From Bdellovibrionota bacterium (GTDB taxonomy: Bacteria; Bdellovibrionota; Bdellovibrionia; Bdellovibrionales; UBA840), in NCBI GenBank assembly GCA_036140815.1, contig JAYZXX010000071.1, forward strand, positions 9,561 through 73,560: 64,000 nucleotides of DNA. The letters are read 5' to 3'. Made by a program: the position numbers and the translations under genes. Positions within the stretch are counted from its first letter, which is position 1, and each line of letters begins with the position of its first letter. This document shows positions 37,273 through 47,411 of this stretch, piece after piece. The notes beneath the pieces were generated by a model, which was given only the letters and a program-made list of their open reading frames with translations, had not been told where the DNA came from and did no database searches.

Positions 37273-38700
37273 TCACGGTCTGTAGACACAACGAAACCCC
37301 ACAGTAGTAGCATTATCATTAACTTTAGCGTTTAAGGCTATAGAATAGATTCCTGTTCCAGGATAATTGCTAATATCATCATAGTCTCCTCCCCGAAACG
37401 CATAGCCACGGTTCCAGCTTTCATCAGCCATTGAACCAAACCACTTACCTACACCATGAGAAGAATCATATAGACCCTGAGGACCAATTAAGTCATTTGT
37501 GAGCGAACCCGATAAAACACTTAATTCGCGCCAATTGGGACTACCGTCAGTGGGACCTTTTGTGAAAACTGAGTCACTTGATGACCAGTCCACAAACTCC
37601 CAAACATTTCCAGCAAAGTCCCAGATCTCTGAACCGTTACTAAGTTTATGTCTAGCTTTTGAATTTCGATCTGCTCCAAAATCAGGAGCAAAAGAATTGC
37701 TATAAGAGCAAGTGGCATTGTAGCCATTGTTTCCCATAAACATACAGCCAGAGCCCACTGCCCCCCCGGACCAGTTCTCATCTTGATTTTCAATATTGCG
37801 GGCAATTGTCATCCACTCAGAATTAGAAATCATCGCGAAACTTCCACTATAGCCCGACTCCGATATAATATTGCAAGTTCCAAATGCGTCCTCTGCAGAT
37901 ATGCTTACCCAAGGGCTAAAAGCTGCCAGGGAAGTAGCCTTCCCTGAAACATCTTTCGCTTCGTACTTCATAACACAAAACTCATCGACCGAATAAGCTG
38001 CATTTCCCTCAACTGGTACATAGCCAGTCGGACAAGTTGAATAGTTTAAAGTTACTTTTGACTTATTAGAAGAGATCCCATCAACCTTCACCGAATAATT
38101 AAAAGAAGCTTCAGAAGCTTGATTGTGCAGTACCCTATAACTTAAACTACAAGCTCCAGCGCCATCGCAAGTACAAGGCTCCACAATCTCTGCTCCAACC
38201 AAGTTCTCAACACTACAATCTGATGCTTTTTTTCCATCATTATTTGTATAAGGAAGACTTAATACTCTAGTTGTACCATAAAGATAAGTATTACTTGAAA
38301 ATGCTGAAGTTTGAGTTGAACTAGCTACCACTTTAATAACAAGCTTTTGAAGTGAACCGTCTTCTGACTCAATTTGAATTCCACCCGAGCCAAGAGACTG
38401 AGCTGTAAATGTAGCTTTCACACCAGATGAGTCGACTAAAAGAGTTCCCACTCCTCCATAAACACTCCAGTTTACCTGAGCGGCTTCCACAGCCTTATTG
38501 TTTTTACTTAAACTAAATAATTGGATCGATTGAGTTTTTTCAAGCTCTAAATACTCGACCATCTGTGATAAGTCTGTTTCACTTTTTGATATTATTAATG
38601 AATCTTGAAGTAAGGCTTCGTCTTGCAATTGACTAAAACATCCGGTGATAAAAAGACAAAACCACATAAATATTAGTGATTTCAGTCGAATTGATATCAT
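37273..38700 (-). CDS. Lipoprotein with an Ig-like N-region and a C-terminal formylglycine-generating-enzyme (SUMF1/FGE-sulfatase) fold domain
   Basis: Lipobox ITGC. C-terminal motifs typical of the FGE-sulfatase family (GNVWEFVDW, RGGDY, GFRCVYRP). Confidence 0.6.
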   Translation of the reverse strand: MISIRLKSLIFMWFCLFITGCFSQLQDEALLQDSLIISKSETDLSQMVEYLELEKTQSIQLFSLSKNNKAVEAAQVNWSVYGGVGTLLVDSSGVKATFTAQSLGSGGIQIESEDGSLQKLVIKVVASSTQTSAFSSNTYLYGTTRVLSLPYTNNDGKKASDCSVENLVGAEIVEPCTCDGAGACSLSYRVLHNQASEASFNYSVKVDGISSNKSKVTLNYSTCPTGYVPVEGNAAYSVDEFCVMKYEAKDVSGKATSLAAFSPWVSISAEDAFGTCNIISESGYSGSFAMISNSEWMTIARNIENQDENWSGGAVGSGCMFMGNNGYNATCSYSNSFAPDFGADRNSKARHKLSNGSEIWDFAGNVWEFVDWSSSDSVFTKGPTDGSPNWRELSVLSGSLTNDLIGPQGLYDSSHGVGKWFGSMADESWNRGYAFRGGDYDDISNYPGTGIYSIALNAKVNDNATTVGFRCVYRP

Positions 38701-38976
38701 TAAACCTCCCTCTACACCAAAGTCTCAGTTCTATAGTCGGCAAACATTCTGTGTTTCTTTACAAACTTGAGCTATTTGGAGAACTTTTCTTCAATTCGGC
38801 AGCAAACTGTTTCACACTGATTCAGTATCTAGGAGGCCTCTCTTTATTCTGACAACTGTAGAAAGGTAGATCGTTTCCCATAGTTTCCTAACAAAAATAG
38901 ATTTATTTCAAACAGCTTGAATACTATGAAGGCTTTTGAATGAACTCAGAGACGAAATCGAAGTCAAAAGACACTT

Positions 38977-39129
38977 AAACTGGCCCACTTAATTGCGGAT
39001 AAGTAACAGCTATAAGCTTAAAATCATTAATATCACAACAAATAACCAAAATATTAATCGGGACAAAAATGAAAAAACAAAAAAAATTATCACTTAGCAC
39101 TCTATATCCGTCATTAAGTGGGCCAGTTT
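38977..39129 (+). mobile_element. MITE-like element copy B (153 bp, intact terminal inverted repeats)
   Basis: aaactggcccacttaattgcggat (38977-39000) against atccgtcattaagtgggccagttt (39106-39129), giving 22 of 24 complementary positions. AT-rich interior. Confidence 0.75.
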
Positions 39130-39470
39130 AAAGGGCTCCCTCGAGAATAAATGCCATTGATTCAATAAATATACTTCGGGGCTTCTATTGTTAGCTACAC
39201 ATACTTGTAGTTGAAATTTTCAGCATCAATTCAAAACACTAGATACTGGTAAATTCTTCTTCAATCTGACAATTCCATGTAAGTATTTGAAATTACTAAA
39301 TTAATTTCTTAAATAGCTCCATATCAGTAGCCATAAAAAATAGTAAAAAAAATCAGCAGTTTCTTGCCAAAGCTTTCTGTTTTTGATAGTTTCCAGCTTC
39401 TGTATTGGCCCAAGTCCCGTTATAAATTTGGTAAACAATACTCATTTTGGTGATTATAGAGGTAAAAACA

Positions 39471-39899
39471 ATGAAAACCTATTTTGCAAAAAAAGGTGAA
39501 ATCCAACCGAACTGGTATGTAGTTGATGCTACAGACAAGACAATCGGTCGTATCGCTACTGAAGTATCAAAAGTACTTCGTGGTAAACATCGTCCAACGT
39601 TCACTCCTAACCAAGACACTGGTGACTACGTAGTAGTTATCAACTCTGAAAAAGTTAGAATGAGCGGTAACAAATGGACTCAAAAAAGCTACTACCATCA
39701 CACTGGTTACTTTGGTGGAATTAAAGAGATCCGTGCTGACAAGCTTCTTGAAAAAGATGCAAAGCAAATTATCGAAAGTGCCGTTAGTGGTATGATGCCA
39801 AAAACGAAACTTGGTCGTAAGCAACTTAAGAAATTAAAAGCTTACAACGGAGCTGAACACCCTCACACAGCGCAAAAAGTTGAAGCGCTAAACCTTTAA
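39471..39899 (+). CDS. rplM: 50S ribosomal protein L13
   Basis: MKTYFAKKGEIQPNWYVVDA...GRIATEVSKVLRGKH is classic L13. Start set at ATG 39471 (142 aa) rather than the upstream TTG at 39447. Confidence 0.95.
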   Translation: MKTYFAKKGEIQPNWYVVDATDKTIGRIATEVSKVLRGKHRPTFTPNQDTGDYVVVINSEKVRMSGNKWTQKSYYHHTGYFGGIKEIRADKLLEKDAKQIIESAVSGMMPKTKLGRKQLKKLKAYNGAEHPHTAQKVEALNL

Positions 39900-39911
39900 G
39901 GAGACACAGTA

Positions 39912-40301
39912 ATGGCTAGTACTTTTTATGCTACAGGAAGAAGAAAAACCAGTTCCGCTCGTGTATTCTTAACTGAGGGATCTGGAAAAGTAACAATTAA
40001 CGGTAAATCTGTGGATGAGTACCTTACTCTTCCAACTAGTAAAACCATCATCAACCAACCTTTAGAGCTTACTAAGACTACTGGAAAAGTTGATCTTAGG
40101 ATTACAGTGAAAGGTGGCGGACCAAGCTCACAAGCTGGTGCTATTCGTCACGGAATTTCACGTGCATTAACTTTGTTAGATGACAAATTGCACACTGATC
40201 TTAAGCGTGCTGGATTCTTAACTCGTGACCCTCGTGCGGTTGAGCGTAAGAAATACGGTAAGGCAAAAGCCCGTCGTAGCTTCCAGTTCTCTAAACGTTA
40301 A
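39912..40301 (+). CDS. rpsI: 30S ribosomal protein S9
   Basis: [15 protein letters not shown] near the start and ...[19 protein letters not shown] at the C-terminus. Confidence 0.95.
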   Translation: MASTFYATGRRKTSSARVFLTEGSGKVTINGKSVDEYLTLPTSKTIINQPLELTKTTGKVDLRITVKGGGPSSQAGAIRHGISRALTLLDDKLHTDLKRAGFLTRDPRAVERKKYGKAKARRSFQFSKR

Positions 40302-40326
40302 TTCGTTTATACAATTTGGATATCAA

Positions 40327-40354
40327 AGCCAGCTTTCGAGCTGGCTTTTTTTTT
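40327..40354 (+). terminator. Rho-independent terminator of rplM-rpsI
   Basis: 8-bp stem agccagct/agctggct with a TTCG tetraloop, followed by 9 T. Confidence 0.85.
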
Positions 40355-40361
40355 GCCATAA

Positions 40362-40516
40362 AAACTGGTCCCCTTAATTGCGGATACAGTGCTCCAACCT
40401 ACAAGCTTCTTTGGGTTTTTCAGTGATGTTTGAATAAAATTCCTTGTAAATTACAATTTCGACCAATGATTTCATGTCCATAACTAAGATTCATCCGCAA
40501 TTAAGGGGGCCAATTT
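40362..40516 (+). mobile_element. MITE-like element copy C (155 bp)
   Basis: aaactggtccccttaattgcggat (40362-40385) against atccgcaattaagggggccaattt (40493-40516). It begins 8 nt after the rpsI terminator. Confidence 0.7.
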
Positions 40517-40836
40517 ATTTGTCCTAAGACTTTGAAAGCATCATGGAACTAAAAAACCAAAAATAGCCCTATTTGAGCGTTTTACTAGGCGCTCCTGAGA
40601 GAAGAAACTACCAAAACTAACCCTTTCAAATATCCTCTGAACAAATTTCCAAATCGACTTAGATTAGGGATTAATCAAAAACTTCTCAAAAGCCCTTACA
40701 AAAGAGATCATCTCTAAATAAGTGTACTTGGCAAGGCCTTCTCTAACAAACTGAACAAAGTTTATCAGTTTCGGTATAAATTTCGTTTCTATACTTTAAA
40801 GAAATAATATTTCTTCATCCATGTTATATTTTGTAT

Positions 40837-42159
40837 ATGAAGTTCCTTACTTACCTATTCATTGCAATCTCCATATACAGTTTTGGCCAAGCTGCCGAAG
40901 AGCCAAAACCAGAAGACATTTTATCGAAGGTTAGAGTTGTTAATGGCTATGAAAAAGTAAAAGCTCCGCAAAACAAAAACTTCTTCGTATACCATGAAGA
41001 GTATACGCCTAAAGAGAACTTCAATCGACAGACGGTTCTTCTAATCCCAGGCTATTCAAAAACCACCGACTATTTTGACGATTTTATTTTAAAAACAGAC
41101 CTTCTGAAACAAGGTTACAGAGTCGTTGTAATTGACCCTATGTTACGTGGAAAAACTTTGAAGAAAAACTTTCCAATTGAAAATATAGACGGTGAATTTA
41201 AATTTGATCCAAGCAAAAAAAGGTTTAAAGTTCTTGGTTTTAATGATCCCACTGCTGAACGAGAAGCTGAGTATTTATTGCAGTTTTTGGTGAACAAGAA
41301 GTACAAAAACATAACTATCCTTGGCCATTCTCGTGGTGCCTATATTGGAGCTGTTTTAAGTCACTATGTAGAAAGAAGGACTCTTATTAATTTAAATGCG
41401 TTTATCGACATGAACGGCTTTGTTAGTTACACCAATGGAGGAAAGCCCTTTTCTCATGATTTAAAGTCGCAGGCAGCAGAAACCACTGACCAATACATTC
41501 GTATCAACGAGTGGCTATATAGTGGAGTTGATAGTGTTTACGAGGAAGACCTAAGAGAGCTAAGGACTAAGATTTTAAAAAATCTTCCAATTACTAGAAA
41601 AGAAGCTACAAGCTTATCTAGAATCGCCGAACATATTATACCTCACTTTCCCTGGCATTTTGACTATGACGCTCTTCTTCCTATTGAAACTAGTTTTATA
41701 ACTCATCTCTATCAGGACGCTAAGGCACACGCTCCTCGTTTAGAAAATACCTCAAGACTTGTGTCGCTTCCTTTTCAGCGAGTTTGGACAGAGCGTGAAC
41801 GCTTGGCGTTTGAGTCTATGATGAAGGCCCAAAGAACAATTGTTCATGTTGAAAGTAGTCTGTTTGGCGGAAGCAGCACCTATGTAATTCCACGCAGCTC
41901 ACTACCGTACATAGATAAGATCAAAGCACCTATTCTTAGTATCGTTGGTGAGAAAGATAACATTGTAGACAGTAGATTAAGCGAATTAAAATTACAAACC
42001 TCTGCCAACGTAAATTTAAAAATGATTCCAGGCGGGGGACATTATGGACCCGAGAATCTAAAAAGTATTGTAAGGGTGAAAAACTACCTTCAAGCTAGTG
42101 CCAATCAGTTTCGAATGGGCCCTCTATCTTGTAGGTATGCTAGTTCTAAACATCGTTAG
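40837..42159 (+). CDS. Secreted alpha/beta-hydrolase-fold protein
   Basis: Signal peptide and nucleophile elbow GHSRG. A late GGGH is consistent with a catalytic His region. ATG at 40837 is preferred to the TTG at 40831. Confidence 0.5.
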   Translation: MKFLTYLFIAISIYSFGQAAEEPKPEDILSKVRVVNGYEKVKAPQNKNFFVYHEEYTPKENFNRQTVLLIPGYSKTTDYFDDFILKTDLLKQGYRVVVIDPMLRGKTLKKNFPIENIDGEFKFDPSKKRFKVLGFNDPTAEREAEYLLQFLVNKKYKNITILGHSRGAYIGAVLSHYVERRTLINLNAFIDMNGFVSYTNGGKPFSHDLKSQAAETTDQYIRINEWLYSGVDSVYEEDLRELRTKILKNLPITRKEATSLSRIAEHIIPHFPWHFDYDALLPIETSFITHLYQDAKAHAPRLENTSRLVSLPFQRVWTERERLAFESMMKAQRTIVHVESSLFGGSSTYVIPRSSLPYIDKIKAPILSIVGEKDNIVDSRLSELKLQTSANVNLKMIPGGGHYGPENLKSIVRVKNYLQASANQFRMGPLSCRYASSKHR

Positions 42160-42161
42160 GT

Positions 42162-43088
42162 TTAATGCTGATCGTATTCTTCCGCCGAAAAAATACTTAG
42201 CTGTGAAAACTTCGTTTTAGAAAAAACATAGTCAGTGACTCGTTTTGTGTTTTCGGCAAATTCAAACTCGATATGAATGTGGTTATCATGCCCACTAACA
42301 CTTTTAAAAACAACTGGATAACCGACCTCTGCTCGATCAGAAATGATTTGTTTTACCTCTTTGTTATTTAAGATCTGTGGATCATTAAAGAAAATCACAC
42401 TTACCTCTAAGTCATTTAACATTCGTTTTATAAACTCAAGGTTTGTAGCACGATCATAAACTTTGTCCTTCCAAGTCATGGGTTGTGTCGCAGGAAATGG
42501 ACGCATATCAAAGGTGTTCCCTCCGCGATGCCTACAGTGTAAATCATGATCGTGCTCGCTAGCCTTTGTTATCCCTGTAATTGTTAATGGGTTTTCAGAA
42601 AAATCTGATAGCATAGATTGTACGGAGTCTAATTTATAAAAGGTTTCTTCTTGGCCGAATATTTCATAGTCCGCAGGATTCATAGGTGGAATATGATCAG
42701 GAAAGCGATAGTACAAATAGTCCACCTGACCGAATGGAAACATAGGAAGATCAAAGTCTTTTATATATTGCCCTACTAATCTTGCAATTCCTAAATACGC
42801 ATAGCTGCTAACATTACTACAAGACTTACTTGAGGGAATTGGTGTAATTTCCTCAACCCTTTGCCAAAAAATTTCTGATTTTAAAAATGTGAACTCATCG
42901 GTAATGGGTAAAATCACAGGATCATCTGGGTTACTTGGTTGATCCGAATTACCATCATCCACAGGAGGAGAATTACCCTGACCTGAACGATCATCACTGG
43001 ATGGAATGGCGCTAAGACCACCATTTATAGGTGACTCACAAGCCGTGAATAATAAAACTAAAATCGAAGACAAAACAAAAAACTTCAC
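42162..43088 (-). CDS. Lipoprotein, putative LAS-type zinc peptidoglycan peptidase (MepA-like)
   Basis: Signal peptide ending in Cys (LLFTAC). An H-x6-D motif (HRGGNTFD) and an HxH motif (GHDNHIHIEF) match the LAS metallopeptidase signature. Confidence 0.45.
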   Translation of the reverse strand: MKFFVLSSILVLLFTACESPINGGLSAIPSSDDRSGQGNSPPVDDGNSDQPSNPDDPVILPITDEFTFLKSEIFWQRVEEITPIPSSKSCSNVSSYAYLGIARLVGQYIKDFDLPMFPFGQVDYLYYRFPDHIPPMNPADYEIFGQEETFYKLDSVQSMLSDFSENPLTITGITKASEHDHDLHCRHRGGNTFDMRPFPATQPMTWKDKVYDRATNLEFIKRMLNDLEVSVIFFNDPQILNNKEVKQIISDRAEVGYPVVFKSVSGHDNHIHIEFEFAENTKRVTDYVFSKTKFSQLSIFSAEEYDQH

Positions 43089-43347
43089 CTTTTCATTTTA
43101 AGCTTCTTTTAACGATAATGAACGTCCAGAGGCCCTTTCTTAGACTTTTGCAATAGGCAATTCTGGACGTATTTAAGTATATTTAAGATTGCGAACAAAG
43201 TTCTAAATAAAATGAATGGGAAGTATCATCGAAGTGATAGGCAATATTTTCCTCTTTTGCTTTGGACTTTGAAGCCATTCCGTTAGAAATAGATCGCTCT
43301 ACTTTTTAATATTTTTAGAAATTATGTAACGGATGAGTATTAAGAAA

Positions 43348-44349
43348 TTAGTTCGTTAAAATGTAGTTAGATGGATCTACAGGAACATTATTAATACGTA
43401 CTTCATAATGCAAATGAGGCCCCGTTGAACGCCCCGTATTACCTACGGCACCGATTACATCACCACGCTTGATCTTTTGACCAACGGTTGTGTAGATCTT
43501 AGATACGTGACCATAACGAGTTACCATTCCATAACCATGATCGATGGAAATCAACTTTCCGTAACCAGAATCATAACCTGCATAGCTAACCACTCCATCT
43601 GCTGGTGCAAAAATAGGAGTTCCAGGAGGAGCCGCTATATCTAAACCTTTATGCATAACAGGACGACCTGTAAATGGAGACTTTCTGTAACCAAACTTAG
43701 AAGTAAACCAACCATTTGTAGGTTTGGTTTGTGGAGTTGCTCTTAGCAAACTTTGACGACTAGATAAGTTCTCCCAAAGTCTTAAGATATTTTGCTCTTT
43801 TAAACCAGCTTCTTTACCCAAACGATCCATACGAATGGAAAGGGATGCGTGGTTATCAGCTTTTTCATTAAATATTTCGCCATTGCGAGTATCCAATAGT
43901 GCTTCTTCAAAAAATAATTTGTCTTTGGCAGCAACAACTGATGCTGGATTACGAGACTCAGTGTCTTGGTTCATTTCTTCAACCGCTTGGCCAGGGCGAG
44001 GCATCGGACCCATTGCCAAACGAATTTCTTGATCTGACTGATTCTCGTTTGTGATCATACCTAATTTTGTTGCGAAGTTTTGAATTCTCTCTAGTTGCTT
44101 TTCCAAACCTGACATTTTGTTTTGAACAACTACAAATTCTTTTTTAAGACGACCATTCTCAGCCAAGAGCCTTTTGTTTTCCATGGATTGAAATAAAAGA
44201 CCGGCATAGTCTACGATTCCTGCGGCTCCAACTACCATTAATAGGAAAGCAAGAAAACCGAAGGTCTTCACCCATGCAGATGAGATCACCAAACGTTTGG
44301 TGGTACCCTTCTGATCGCTTACCATTAAAAATGTATAGTTCTTTCGCAT
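43348..44349 (-). CDS. M23 (LytM-domain) peptidoglycan endopeptidase with an N-terminal TM and coiled coil
   Basis: HxxxD (HKGLDIAAPPGTPI) and HxH (GPHLHYEV) motifs, with an EnvC/NlpD-like architecture. Confidence 0.85.
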   Translation of the reverse strand: MRKNYTFLMVSDQKGTTKRLVISSAWVKTFGFLAFLLMVVGAAGIVDYAGLLFQSMENKRLLAENGRLKKEFVVVQNKMSGLEKQLERIQNFATKLGMITNENQSDQEIRLAMGPMPRPGQAVEEMNQDTESRNPASVVAAKDKLFFEEALLDTRNGEIFNEKADNHASLSIRMDRLGKEAGLKEQNILRLWENLSSRQSLLRATPQTKPTNGWFTSKFGYRKSPFTGRPVMHKGLDIAAPPGTPIFAPADGVVSYAGYDSGYGKLISIDHGYGMVTRYGHVSKIYTTVGQKIKRGDVIGAVGNTGRSTGPHLHYEVRINNVPVDPSNYILTN

Positions 44350-44644
44350 AAGTTTACCGTAAGTATCCTTTAACTCTATGGAAACTATCGGTTTGCGTCA
44401 ATTTTTTTTAAAGACCAGATTTACAAAGGCTCCGCCTAATGTCGCCCATTATTTAAGCTAATCTACTAGGCCTTTTTCTAGCTTTTCAATTTGAGCTGTG
44501 AGTTAGGGATATTTTAGAGATAAGTAGCTTTCTGTTATCTATTTAAGCAATGTTTTTTGCCTATAAAATTCATTGCTAATTTCGTTTTTTATCGCGATTT
44601 ATACATCGCATAAGGATTTAAGCCTAGCGAATAGCTTTTTGTCT

Positions 44645-44665
44645 TTTGGGTGGCTGCCACCCAAA
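44645..44665. repeat. Copy of the dispersed palindrome core (tttgggtggcTgccacccaaa)
   Basis: Same core as 19566 and 19741 but with the central base inverted, and the right arm continues ...atgca. Lies 19 nt downstream of the PP2C gene stop. Confidence 0.8.
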
Positions 44666-44683
44666 TGCATGCTGCCCTTTTGA

Positions 44684-45427
44684 TTAGTAGACTTGGGCTT
44701 GGCCGTCGATGGAGATGGATAGAACGGTTACGTTGTCGTCGCCACCGGCTATATTGGCTTCGATGACCATTCTCTCAGGCCATTCTTCGGGAGAACTGCA
44801 AATGCAAATCTCGTTAATTCTTGAATCTGATACCATTCCCGTTAAACCGTCGGAACATAAAATGTAGCGATCTCCCGGTTTGATTTCTCTTTCAAAAATA
44901 TCACATTGAACATCTCTCTCGTAGCCAACAGAACGAGTGATAATGTTTTTACCTTCTACTTGATCTAACTGGCTTTCTTTTATGATGCCTTCTCGAAGCT
45001 GCTCGTATACCAAAGAATGATCTTCGGTTACCTGCCAAAGACCTAAATCCTTTTGCAGATAAACTCTCGAGTCGCCAACATTTCCTATATAGAAATGTTC
45101 ATTCACCCTCAACACCACTACCATAGTGGTTCCCATGCCTTTTAGTTTTTGAATTTTCTCACCACGATCATAAATGTCGTGACTTGCTCGGGTGTACATT
45201 TCTTGGATTAATTCACGAGGACTTTTATCAGAATTATTTTGAACGTAATCTATATAAACGTCCCTAGCAGCACTGACCGCCATTTGCGAAGCAACTTCAC
45301 CACCTTTATGGCCACCCATTCCGTCGGCCACAATGTACAGACTTAACTCGTCATCCACGAGAAAGCTATCTTGGTTACCAGATCGTTTTTTTCCTTTATC
45401 GGTGAGGCCCCAGCCGCAAATCTTCAT
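44684..45427 (-). CDS. PP2C-family Ser/Thr protein phosphatase
   Basis: Motifs GKKRSGNQDS, ADGMGGH and GGDDNVTV. Start moved to MKICGWGLTD (45427), which matches family N-termini. Confidence 0.8.
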   Translation of the reverse strand: MKICGWGLTDKGKKRSGNQDSFLVDDELSLYIVADGMGGHKGGEVASQMAVSAARDVYIDYVQNNSDKSPRELIQEMYTRASHDIYDRGEKIQKLKGMGTTMVVVLRVNEHFYIGNVGDSRVYLQKDLGLWQVTEDHSLVYEQLREGIIKESQLDQVEGKNIITRSVGYERDVQCDIFEREIKPGDRYILCSDGLTGMVSDSRINEICICSSPEEWPERMVIEANIAGGDDNVTVLSISIDGQAQVY

Positions 45428-45607
45428 ATATATTATGTTATTGCCAATCGACGCGACTGTCCACAGAAAGCCAAAGCGAACTTGTTGGCCTATTCTAAGG
45501 TTTAGAAATTTAGACCAAAGCATAAATAAAACGCTTAGTTTTAATACTGAAAAAACGAATTGAGTACTGGACTTAACCGGGAGGAAAATTTTGCCGAATA
45601 GTCTTGT

Positions 45608-46471
45608 ATGAAAGTTTTCTTAGGGATTTTTCCAGCTAGCTTATTTTTATCAGTGGTAGTTCACTTATTCGTAGGTGGTTATCTTCACTTTCAAATGCCA
45701 GTGGAAGCTCCTAAAAAAGAAAAAGTGGTAGAGATTGAGTACATCAAAGCCCCTGAAGAAAAAACCGAGCAAATCGTTCAACAAGATAAACGCATTAACG
45801 ACAAAGCCCCTACTGATGAGGCTTTCCTCGGGAAATTTAACCAAAGTGTGGAAAAACAAATGCGAGCTGCCAAGTCAGGAAAAACCAAAGACACTGCTGG
45901 TGGTGGCTCTTTTCTACCTGCTCAATCAAAAAAGCCTGTAAAAAAACAAGCCAAAGCCAAATCAAAAAGCTATTCGAAGGATGCTTGGAAGAAAGTATCC
46001 CTTGCCGATTTGAAACCAAAGTTTGACTTTGCCCCTGAGGATGCCAATAAAAACCAACAAGCATTTGTTGGTGAAGAATCACAAAGCAATGACTACTTAG
46101 AAAAAGTAAATCGAGGGAATCAAAACCTTCTAAATACAAGAGAGTTTCGATACTACACTTATTTCAATCGAATTCGCGACCAACTACAACAGTTCTGGGA
46201 GCCATCTGTAAGAGATCGTTTGTACAAACTTGTTCGATCTGGAAGAAGCATCGCCTCTGCCGGACCAAGAACGACAAAAGTTTTAATTACATTAAATAAA
46301 ACAGGAAGCTTGATGAAAGTTCAAGTACTAGAAGACTCTGGACTGAGAGACCTTGATGATGCAGCGATTGATGCTTTCAGAGAAGCTGCGCCTTTTCCAA
46401 ATCCTCCACAAGGGATCGTTGAAAAAGACGGCACTGTGAAGATTCGTTGGGACTTTGTATTAGAAGCATAG
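45608..46471 (+). CDS. TonB C-terminal-domain protein
   Basis: N-terminal TM, a K/P/A-rich linker, and a C-terminal TonB_C-like region (ITLNKTGSLMKVQVLEDSGLRDLDDAAIDAFREAAPFPNPP). No exbBD adjacent. Confidence 0.6.
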   Translation: MKVFLGIFPASLFLSVVVHLFVGGYLHFQMPVEAPKKEKVVEIEYIKAPEEKTEQIVQQDKRINDKAPTDEAFLGKFNQSVEKQMRAAKSGKTKDTAGGGSFLPAQSKKPVKKQAKAKSKSYSKDAWKKVSLADLKPKFDFAPEDANKNQQAFVGEESQSNDYLEKVNRGNQNLLNTREFRYYTYFNRIRDQLQQFWEPSVRDRLYKLVRSGRSIASAGPRTTKVLITLNKTGSLMKVQVLEDSGLRDLDDAAIDAFREAAPFPNPPQGIVEKDGTVKIRWDFVLEA

Positions 46472-46492
46472 TCTCCATTTTCTTTTAAAACA

Positions 46493-46978
46493 TTATTTAC
46501 AAAAGCCTTGTTTTTCTTCGCCACTGATTTGGCCAATATTTTTAACGTATAGAGATTTGCCCTGTCTTTCTACGTCGAAAAAATAGACCGGAGCATAGGT
46601 CATTAGTTCATACAGTCTTTTAATGGTTGGCTCATCGATATAGTTTGTCTTCAGTGACTCTTCTCCAAGCTTTGATAAAATCAAATCTTCCCTAGCCACT
46701 GTACTAAAACTCACACCAGATTCTTTAGCATCTAAAATTTCACGAACGCGATATACGGAAATATCTCTAGTTACTTTCTCACTAAACTTAATCTGGATTC
46801 GAACCCCGTATTTATTTTTCCCAGGACGCTGATAATAGTTTAGCACTTTCCACTCTGGACATTTTGCAGAAACCTTTTGATCTTTAAATGCACCGGTTAA
46901 AAGAGTCACATAATCTACTTCTTGCGCATTCACTTGGTATGAAAATAAAAAACTGAATATTAAAAGAAATTTCGTCAT
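46493..46978 (-). CDS. Secreted hypothetical protein
   Basis: 161-aa ORF with a signal peptide (FLLIFSFLFSYQVNA). Confidence 0.45.
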   Translation of the reverse strand: MTKFLLIFSFLFSYQVNAQEVDYVTLLTGAFKDQKVSAKCPEWKVLNYYQRPGKNKYGVRIQIKFSEKVTRDISVYRVREILDAKESGVSFSTVAREDLILSKLGEESLKTNYIDEPTIKRLYELMTYAPVYFFDVERQGKSLYVKNIGQISGEEKQGFCK

Positions 46979-47180
46979 TGTTCCCCCTGCTGACTTGTTT
47001 CAGAGTTTCTTACTAAATAAACCGAGGAAAATCCAGAAAATATAGAAATTGAATTTAGTTCAAGCAATAGGAAATTAACGATTCCTCAACAAAGAAACAC
47101 CCCTAAGTATTTAATATTATTATTTTATTTTCACTTACAGGTTTTGAGATTAAAATTTTTAAAAGACAGTTATAGAAGAA

Positions 47181-47411
47181 TTAAATATTGATATTTAACC
47201 CAGATCTCACTGATTTGGATTGTGCTAAGCGAAAACGAAGTGGCTTACTTGCCGTAACCACCAATGCAACCATTTCACCTAATTTAAACTTTTGATGGCT
47301 TTCATTTTTAAGACGAAGAAGTTGCCCCTGAAAACTTACAATCATCGAGCCGTCACTTTGCAGCTCGATGAGTTTCGCCATTACGATTTGATTTACTCTA
47401 AGGTTTAGCAT
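47181..47411 (-). CDS. Small hypothetical protein translationally coupled to the upstream gene
   Basis: 76 aa. Its ATG overlaps the upstream gene's stop codon by a single nucleotide (TAATG; the A at 47411 is shared). Confidence 0.4.
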   Translation of the reverse strand: MLNLRVNQIVMAKLIELQSDGSMIVSFQGQLLRLKNESHQKFKLGEMVALVVTASKPLRFRLAQSKSVRSGLNINI

